From IMG/VR virus record IMGVR_UViG_3300031841_004520, positions 1 through 64,000 of that record: a stretch of DNA of 64,000 bases. One strand, given 5' to 3'. Source of the DNA: a virus. Below the pieces are notes generated by a model. The model was not told the DNA's origin, made no database searches, and was given only the letters and a program-made list of their open reading frames with translations. The position numbers and the translations under genes are program-made. This document shows positions 57,504 through 64,000 of this stretch, piece by piece. Position 1 is the first letter of the stretch; every line of letters starts with the position of its first letter.

Positions 57504-58201
57504 TCCTCTGTGTAACCTTTAATAAATTCAGGAACACTATCAGTATCTTGTTGATAACCAGATAGCTGTCTTATAATAGTCACACCTTCTCTATGAGTCA
57601 AATTTCTTATGTTATTATTATCTAATTCCATGTGCTCTGCTAAAGTTAAAGCATTAATATCTAGGCGTTTACATAATACATCCATAAAATTAATTTGAGT
57701 ATCACTAATCTTATTAACATTATCACCATCAATGTCTGCCACTTCTTCTGCCAGTTCTTCAGCAGCTACAACCTTTCTAAGCCTAAGTCCTCTGCGTAAT
57801 GCTCTACCTTCAGCCCTTGTTTCTGCTACGGCAACAGGGTGGTTACGAAAAATTTTATCACAATTGCCCCAAAATACGTCTGCTGCGCCATTAACGATCC
57901 TGGTTTTAATTTCTACTGGTGTCTTACTATCATTTAAAACATAGGTCAGAGAATGGACTACAGTGGCTCTATTGCCGTTTTCTGGGTCTGGAGACTGTGT
58001 TACTTCTGAAGTAGAGTTAATAACGGTGCAATCTAGAGCGATCTCAAAAATTCTACGCAAACCATCAGTAGTTGGATTGCCTTTAATCTTCTCATCATCT
58101 GATAATAATTCTAGTACATAATCAGTCCACCCTATATCATTAGGTGTTACTTGTTGTTGAGTTTCTGTTTTCTCTTCAGTTTGTTTTTTAACTCTTGGCA
58201 T
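57494..58201 (-). CDS. Putative single-strand annealing protein (Rad52/Sak-like)
   Basis: AVAETRAEGRALRR.L.L...AEE motif, in the same operon as SSB. Confidence 0.55.
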   Translation of the reverse strand: MPRVKKQTEEKTETQQQVTPNDIGWTDYVLELLSDDEKIKGNPTTDGLRRIFEIALDCTVINSTSEVTQSPDPENGNRATVVHSLTYVLNDSKTPVEIKTRIVNGAADVFWGNCDKIFRNHPVAVAETRAEGRALRRGLRLRKVVAAEELAEEVADIDGDNVNKISDTQINFMDVLCKRLDINALTLAEHMELDNNNIRNLTHREGVTIIRQLSGYQQDTDSVPEFIKGYTEEWR

Positions 58202-58995
58202 TATTCATCCTTTATAGTAAAAGTCTTGTCCTTGCTATTCTTTAAATCTTCTAATACTTTTTGCAGCTTATTGAAAATCAATTTTGCTCTTGTGGGAGTA
58301 AAATCTTTTTGTTGTTGAATTCTTATAAGCTTCATTCCTTTACCAATAATTAGTCCGGTCTTTTTCCTGTCGTATTGTTGATTTCTGGTGAGGGTTTCTT
58401 GGCCCCACACTGGCTCAAAATGAGAAGGTCCGTCAACCTCTATTGCTGTAGTAAGTTCTGGGAGATAAATGTCAATCTGCAGTTTGGTATTAGACAATAC
58501 TTGCTCTTTATGAAACTCTACCCTATAGCCATTGTCAATAAGGTGTTTGAGTAAAAATTTTTCTAGTTTTGATCCTGTTTTACTACTTTCTCTTACTCCA
58601 GCTAGTGCTGAGTTTAATATATTAGCTTTCTTATTGTCTGACAGTTTGTCCCAAGATTGCTTGGCCTTTAGTTTTCTGTCTGCCAACTCTGCTTCACTAA
58701 GGCTGTTCCAAGAATGATGAATACCTAGACCTATTTTACTTTTCTCTTCTGCTGTTCTTTGCTTTCCTTTTGTAGGGTGTTTATGTACACCTTTCTTAAG
58801 AGCATTGCTTTGAGCCTGGCTTTTATCTCTAATAGGTATTTCAAACTTATTGGCATCTCTTCTTATTTTATTAGCATAAGTATTTAGCTGTTTCGCTATA
58901 GCTGCAAAACTCAATTTGTCTTTTGTGTATAGTTTTTCAATAACGTTTTTTTGTTCTGTTTCAGAGAGTTTACTATATTTGGGCATAATCTGCAT
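58201..58995 (-). CDS. DUF559/Vsr-like endonuclease with HTH and basic repeats (homing-endonuclease-like)
   Basis: SKLEK...IDIYLPE...AIEVDGPSH...DRKK...G.KLIRI. N-terminal HTH and KGKQRT.EEK.KI NUMOD3-like segment. Confidence 0.75.
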   Translation of the reverse strand: MQIMPKYSKLSETEQKNVIEKLYTKDKLSFAAIAKQLNTYANKIRRDANKFEIPIRDKSQAQSNALKKGVHKHPTKGKQRTAEEKSKIGLGIHHSWNSLSEAELADRKLKAKQSWDKLSDNKKANILNSALAGVRESSKTGSKLEKFLLKHLIDNGYRVEFHKEQVLSNTKLQIDIYLPELTTAIEVDGPSHFEPVWGQETLTRNQQYDRKKTGLIIGKGMKLIRIQQQKDFTPTRAKLIFNKLQKVLEDLKNSKDKTFTIKDE

Positions 58996-59368
58996 ATTCC
59001 TTTTGATTTAAAATGTCTACTAATAACTTAACGCTATCTTCTGTGCTGGTTAGCTTTAAAAACGGTTCTATGCTATAGTGAGATACATTGCTAGCATTAT
59101 GTCTACAGGGCACATCTATACTTATAAATTTATTAGAAGGAAATATATGGGCTATATCATATACGGTATTGTCTGATAGCACCAGTTCTTTTGCAGCACA
59201 CAGGTGCCATGCATGAAAATTAGGAATTCCTGGCTTTAATAATATTGATGTTGTATCATAGAATACTTTCGGCTCTGATACTAAATTGGCATTAATTAAT
59301 GCTGTGTACATAGAAAAAATATTACATCTGTCGTGCAGTATTGTCGTATATACTGAAAGATTATACAT
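58973..59368 (-). CDS. Hypothetical protein
   Basis: 131 aa, overlaps neighbours. Confidence 0.6.
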   Translation of the reverse strand: MYNLSVYTTILHDRCNIFSMYTALINANLVSEPKVFYDTTSILLKPGIPNFHAWHLCAAKELVLSDNTVYDIAHIFPSNKFISIDVPCRHNASNVSHYSIEPFLKLTSTEDSVKLLVDILNQKEYADYAQI

Positions 59369-60044
59369 AACTCTCCTTTTTTTTATTAATTTGATGATAG
59401 TCTTTCATGTTGTTGATCAATGAAACACTGTTGTTTATTTCTTGATAATAAAATGGCTCATATTTTGATAATGTATTAATTGTTTCAAATAAGTACTTGG
59501 ATTGCCAGCTATCTTGCCATTGTTGTAAAAAATATCTTATATGATCACTTTGTAGTATATATATATTTGTAACTTTGTTCGGTAGCCCAAAAAATATATA
59601 ATTAACCTTGTCATTATTGATAGTGGCCCCTAAGTTCGAATTAAATCTTTTATTAGAGCTTATAATAACTATAGATTTTTTAATTCTATATTTTATCTTT
59701 AACCAAAATGACTTACTTACTATACAGTTTGTATTAAAAACTATACACTTCGTATTGGTACAGCAACTTAATCCTTGTTTTAAGCTTTGTGTTTCATTAG
59801 AGTGAGTATATATTTCATGTTGTGTAAATTTTACTCTCTTGTACTTATCTATAAGTTTTTGCATTTTTTTACTCTCAAATCCACCAACGACTATAATTTC
59901 TGCAGTAGGAAACACCGATGTGATGTTGATAATATGTTTCTCTATTATGGTTTGTTTTTTGTTTGCAGCTAGTAAACCAACATTACCTATTGATTTCATT
60001 CCTTTGGTAGGTAAAGAACTTATTAATATAAATGATAGATTCAT
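59361..60044 (-). CDS. Sugar/phosphate nucleotidyltransferase-like protein (NTP transferase fold)
   Basis: FILIS....GMKS.G...LL......IE..I......EIIVVGGF...N...SL..GL. The canonical GD motif looks degenerate. Confidence 0.65.
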   Translation of the reverse strand: MNLSFILISSLPTKGMKSIGNVGLLAANKKQTIIEKHIINITSVFPTAEIIVVGGFESKKMQKLIDKYKRVKFTQHEIYTHSNETQSLKQGLSCCTNTKCIVFNTNCIVSKSFWLKIKYRIKKSIVIISSNKRFNSNLGATINNDKVNYIFFGLPNKVTNIYILQSDHIRYFLQQWQDSWQSKYLFETINTLSKYEPFYYQEINNSVSLINNMKDYHQINKKKESYV

Positions 60045-60457
60045 GCTGTCTTACTGCAAATAAAGAGGTATTCAAATACATTTACATATTTCTGTGTCAT
60101 TATGATATAGTTATTATGTTCTAATATATCTTTAATGTTATTAGCAGTGTGTAAAAACAGTCTGCTTTTGTACAGAATGAGTTGGGCTATTTCTATTTTA
60201 ATTTTATCAAATGTCATCGCAATTGCTAATTGTTTTAAATCAGGGGCTTGTATATGTAGCATTCCGTTTGGTTTTAATTTATTAAAGATCACCTGTAGCA
60301 ATTCTGAATGCTGGTCTATAATAACAAAGTCTAAGCAGTCATGTAAATAGATATTATCTACAGAATTGTCTTCTATTTCCTTTACGTCTTGAAAGTATAT
60401 ATTCTGAGCGTTAGGTACTTCTATATTGTTTTTATGATATATGCTTATATTATTCAT
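60041..60457 (-). CDS. SAM-dependent methyltransferase-like protein
   Basis: DNSVDNIY..DCLDF...KLKPNG.L.I..PD. The glycine motif I is not evident. Confidence 0.6.
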   Translation of the reverse strand: MNNISIYHKNNIEVPNAQNIYFQDVKEIEDNSVDNIYLHDCLDFVIIDQHSELLQVIFNKLKPNGMLHIQAPDLKQLAIAMTFDKIKIEIAQLILYKSRLFLHTANNIKDILEHNNYIIMTQKYVNVFEYLFICSKTA

Positions 60458-60896
60458 ATTTATATATTAGTTTTCTGGTTGTGTCTATAAATTCTTGCCA
60501 AGTATTTTTATCAGAATTTTCGTTTAAAATTAATTCATGAATATCCCCCCAGGATTGTTTAATTTGTTTAGAAAACGCAATTTGTTTGACTATGGGGATA
60601 TTGTTGATCTTTTCTTGAAATTTATTTGAATCTATCATATCAGATTTTGGTTCGTGGTCAATCAATATCAATGGGCATTGATGATATTTCGTAAGTTTAA
60701 TAATTTTTTCTAAGTGTTTAGTCTTATCGTTTGATATAATTAACTCCGGAATAAAACTACCCAAATATATTTGGTCTAAAGCAAATAGACATACTCTTAG
60801 TGTTTTAAAAAACTCTTCAAACTCTCTGTTGTCACTAGGTATCCATAGTATATTATTTATGATGTTTGTTTCTCTTGCTAGTAAACTAGAAATCAC
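60450..60896 (-). CDS. Hypothetical protein (glycosyltransferase N-domain-like)
   Basis: NILW...P(E/D)LII....P.I.IDH, inside the GT cluster. Confidence 0.45.
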   Translation of the reverse strand: MISSLLARETNIINNILWIPSDNREFEEFFKTLRVCLFALDQIYLGSFIPELIISNDKTKHLEKIIKLTKYHQCPLILIDHEPKSDMIDSNKFQEKINNIPIVKQIAFSKQIKQSWGDIHELILNENSDKNTWQEFIDTTRKLIYKYE

Positions 60897-61957
60897 AATA
60901 TATACCTGCTGAAATTTGTGTTGTCAAAAATATTTATGTCAATCTTGCTTATCTTTTTTTGTTTTTCTGATGCAGATAAGGACACAGCTTTTCTCATTTG
61001 TGACTTAATAGATTGTATGTTTGGATTATTCCAAGTCTCATATATGTTAGATATATTATGTGTAGAATATTTACATGCAGATAATATATTCTCCCTATCA
61101 CTATCTACTAGAAAACCGTTGTCTTTTGTTACATAAGAAGAGTTTGCTGTTCCATTTGTAACTATACATAGCTTTTTATGTATCAGGGCTTCTATGCACG
61201 AAGCTGTAGTATATGATCCTTTTGAAACGTCTATATAACAATCACAATTATTAAATAATTGATGCATTTTATGTTCTTCCACATCTCCCACAACCACTAC
61301 AGGTTCGTTTACAGCCTCACTGCTTTTCTTGGTTATGCGATACGCATTATACATTAAATTTTTAATTTCTGTTTCATCATCCCCATTTGTTTTTATTATC
61401 AGTCTAGTATTATCCTCTTTGTCAAATTCCGTCATGTATGCTACTAGAAGAGATATTAGACTGTCTTTATCGTCACTAGATGACATTGTGTAGAAATTAA
61501 ATTCTTTATCTGTATCTAATTTTTTTTGGGTTTTTATATTGATGTCAAAGGGTTCAGGCAATACTTTAATCATTTTGACTACTCCAGATTCTCTCAATGA
61601 TTTTTCTGCAAAATAAGAGTTTACCCATACTTCGTCCATCATATTTATTTTTTCTATCCAGCCTGTATGCCTTAGGTTTCTAGAGATTATTTTTGGAACA
61701 CATATATTGATACCAAATCTGGCATTGTATTCATAATAATCAGGCATGGTATCCTGTATTACTGCGTCGTAGTAATCACTTTTATTGAGTTCATTTTCTA
61801 GTATTTTACCTTGTATGCCAAATGTTTTTGTTTGTAAATACAAAGGCCTAACAGATAATTTTATATTTTTTACATGTTGTAATGCTGAAATATATCTTCT
61901 AGAAGAGTGCCCTAGAGCAGAATCCTCTCTATAATGACCTAGATATAAAATATTCAC
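60893..61957 (-). CDS. Glycosyltransferase (GT-B, GT4-like)
   Basis: MNILYLG, MDEVWV.S, L..AY..EF....LIIK, CDCYI..S.G......EA. The first Glu of E-x7-E appears substituted. Confidence 0.75.
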   Translation of the reverse strand: MNILYLGHYREDSALGHSSRRYISALQHVKNIKLSVRPLYLQTKTFGIQGKILENELNKSDYYDAVIQDTMPDYYEYNARFGINICVPKIISRNLRHTGWIEKINMMDEVWVNSYFAEKSLRESGVVKMIKVLPEPFDINIKTQKKLDTDKEFNFYTMSSSDDKDSLISLLVAYMTEFDKEDNTRLIIKTNGDDETEIKNLMYNAYRITKKSSEAVNEPVVVVGDVEEHKMHQLFNNCDCYIDVSKGSYTTASCIEALIHKKLCIVTNGTANSSYVTKDNGFLVDSDRENILSACKYSTHNISNIYETWNNPNIQSIKSQMRKAVSLSASEKQKKISKIDINIFDNTNFSRYIL

Positions 61958-63588
61958 GAGTAATCTACTATATATTTAAGACCATCTGGAACTGGCGTTT
62001 TACCAGATCTGACTGATTCCCATAAGGTTTGATTATTCATGCTGTCTTCTAAAATCTTCATAGCTTGTTGAAAAGTAAACGGAGTAATATTTGTTCCATC
62101 TTGCTGATACCCTAAGTCTAAATTCCTAATTAATTGTTGAGCAGAAGCAGTTTTCATCATGTGTGGGTTTTTAATGATATTTTCTACTATAAATTGTATT
62201 ATTCTTCTGTGACTACCTAAAGGAGGTACTTTAATGTCATGTCTAGTTATTCTTTCTGCTGTTTCCCACTTGCCTTGTAGTCCTGTAAGTTTTATATTGT
62301 CAAAAATATTTTCGAAAGATTTTGCTGTTTTGTCCCAGTCATATTCCTTGATGCTTTTTTCTCTAACGGATTCCGCTAGTTTCATGCGATCAATAAAACC
62401 CAGCCCATTTATTTCTTTGTATTTATCTATTAAAATATCACAACACTTTTTATCATCAGGATACACTCTGTCTGCACCTGTTTCTAATTCTCTAAAGCTA
62501 CAGCTCAAAGGGACAATATCTGCACCTATAGCCCTACCTATCTCTGCCATAGCTCCATGGTCTATAGTAACTACAGGAACTCCGCATGCAGCTGCTTCTA
62601 CAGGAGGAATACCAAACCCTTCGCAGATAGCATATTGTATATATACGTCAAAAGCATTAAATATATTAGCAAGCTCTGGTTCTGATATTCCGTTAGCAAC
62701 ACTGCAGAAACCCGCTGAGTTTTTTTTGCAATGAGGGCAAGCTATTGGTGATTCAGAATATGTTCCAGAAAAGTTTTTGTGACATTGTGAACACTTGTAA
62801 GAGAAGTATACTAAATTCTCAGCACCATGCTCAATAAGTAAAGAAGGTAGATCCCAACCGTTCATATCAGGATAGCTGGTATGTAAATATAGTTTAGCAT
62901 TAGGTACAACCTTGGCAACATTTTTAATAATTTTAATTAGATTAGGTATCAATTTGCGTTTTTGATTACGCATCACAGAACCTATGATAAAATCATTAGG
63001 ATTAAGTCCTAATTGCAATTTAATGTTATCCTTACTCTGACTGCTTATCTTAAATGTATCGATGTTTACTGCATCATTTACTGGCTCTACTAGATTCATA
63101 GGAATCTGTGTAGACCTTAAGTAGTCTATGCCCCATTGGGTGTGTCCAGAAACCGTATCGGCATTAGAAAAAGTTTGTAGCCATTCTTTTTTTTGTGGCG
63201 CAGAGTCTATTGTTGGTGCTATCATCCAATGGTAAAAAGGTCTATATGGAGAATTTTCTGGAAAATTCAACATCCAATAATCTCTGACATCAAAAACAAT
63301 ATCTGGTTTGAAGTCTTGCACAGCAGTCTCAAAAGCCCAAGACCCAAATGCATGGTGCGGTTTGCTGGCGTATGTCTTAAGCAACTCTTGATCGCTTTTG
63401 GGAGGCACAACAGGATATAATTTCCATGAGACATTATTTTTCATATCAGGGGTTCTGTACGCAGACAGTTCAGCAATTTCGTACTTGCCTGTTGCGTACA
63501 GTCTGGAAAGAACATTTCTAGTATAATTACCAAAGCCTGAGTCAATGTGACTAGACTCTGCACACATAAATATTCTTTTTTTGCCCAT
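61954..63588 (-). CDS. Glycosyltransferase family 4 with Zn-ribbon insertion
   Basis: SGFG, FKPDIV, VMRNQKRK, FDVY......EGFGIPPVEAAACGVPVV, and inserted CSQC...CPHC. Confidence 0.9.
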   Translation of the reverse strand: MGKKRIFMCAESSHIDSGFGNYTRNVLSRLYATGKYEIAELSAYRTPDMKNNVSWKLYPVVPPKSDQELLKTYASKPHHAFGSWAFETAVQDFKPDIVFDVRDYWMLNFPENSPYRPFYHWMIAPTIDSAPQKKEWLQTFSNADTVSGHTQWGIDYLRSTQIPMNLVEPVNDAVNIDTFKISSQSKDNIKLQLGLNPNDFIIGSVMRNQKRKLIPNLIKIIKNVAKVVPNAKLYLHTSYPDMNGWDLPSLLIEHGAENLVYFSYKCSQCHKNFSGTYSESPIACPHCKKNSAGFCSVANGISEPELANIFNAFDVYIQYAICEGFGIPPVEAAACGVPVVTIDHGAMAEIGRAIGADIVPLSCSFRELETGADRVYPDDKKCCDILIDKYKEINGLGFIDRMKLAESVREKSIKEYDWDKTAKSFENIFDNIKLTGLQGKWETAERITRHDIKVPPLGSHRRIIQFIVENIIKNPHMMKTASAQQLIRNLDLGYQQDGTNITPFTFQQAMKILEDSMNNQTLWESVRSGKTPVPDGLKYIVDYS

Positions 63589-63613
63589 GATAATTCCTGA
63601 AGTTATTTAAAAA

Positions 63614-64000
63614 CTAAAATGCTAGAGATTCTTTGTCAGACTGACTTTTCTTACTAGCATTTCTAGTAATTTTAGCAAAGTTGCTGACACGAATCTTCAT
63701 AGTGGATTGCTTGATCTTTTCTCCGGACTCTAGCTCTTTTTCCCAGCTGTCTTTCCTTAAAGAACCTTCAAGCATGACCAGATCTCCTTTGCGAAAAGAC
63801 GATCCGATATTTTCTGCACCAGTATCCCATGCTTCACAAGGGACAAATGTTGTGACCTGATCGGTCTTACCATCAGCCTTGGTATACTCCCTAGACACCG
63901 CTACTGTAAAGTTAACCACAGATGTAGATTTGCCGTTAGAAGTATTAATATTACGCAATTCTGGATCTCTAGCTAAATTTCCCTTCAATAAAACTAAATT
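63614..64000 (-). CDS. ssb: Single-stranded DNA-binding protein (5' end outside the window)
   Basis: NLVLLKGNLARDPELR...VVNFTVAV...F..CEAW...AE......KG..V..EG.L....W. Confidence 0.92.
   Translation of the reverse strand, partial: NLVLLKGNLARDPELRNINTSNGKSTSVVNFTVAVSREYTKADGKTDQVTTFVPCEAWDTGAENIGSSFRKGDLVMLEGSLRKDSWEKELESGEKIKQSTMKIRVSNFAKITRNASKKSQSDKESLAF

Noticed and set aside
1-64000. Alternative genetic code, tRNA genes, sheath or integrase
   Set aside because: Genes are long and tightly packed under code 11 with all three stop codons in use. No cloverleaf-sized intergenic candidates, sheath-like protein or recombinase motifs were recognised.

Overview
This window is part of a large tailed dsDNA phage genome (Caudoviricetes, probably a siphovirus: it has tail-tube and tape-measure genes but no recognisable sheath) and is read with the standard genetic code. 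It has three parts. (1) 1-4.7 kb: a more GC-rich, minus-strand early/accessory region of small genes. These sit in cassettes separated by three copies of a ~120-bp composite element (tandem TGGCAT repeat, sigma54-type GG-N10-GC box, fixed 25-bp TAA-N4-TTN-N5-CAA-N4-TTA dyad), each followed by a sigma70-like promoter. (2) 5.3-57.2 kb: a plus-strand morphogenesis block with a phage sigma factor, HNH and ERCC4 nucleases, TerL, portal, protease with nested scaffold, decoration protein, major capsid protein, a fibre cluster including a 2575-aa fibre, neck genes, two tail-tube paralogues, two paralogous tail chaperones, a 2304-aa tape measure carrying an SNase-like domain, and large Cys-rich tail-tip proteins. 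Many units here are preceded by a GGTGTA motif. (3) 57.2-64 kb: a minus-strand block with an annealing protein, a DUF559-type endonuclease, a nucleotidyltransferase/methyltransferase/two-glycosyltransferase cluster and SSB. I saw no tRNA, CRISPR array, integrase or reverse transcriptase. All product calls come from motif recognition by eye and from gene order; no database search was run. The host cannot be fixed from the sequence (Planctomycetota/PVC is only a guess).
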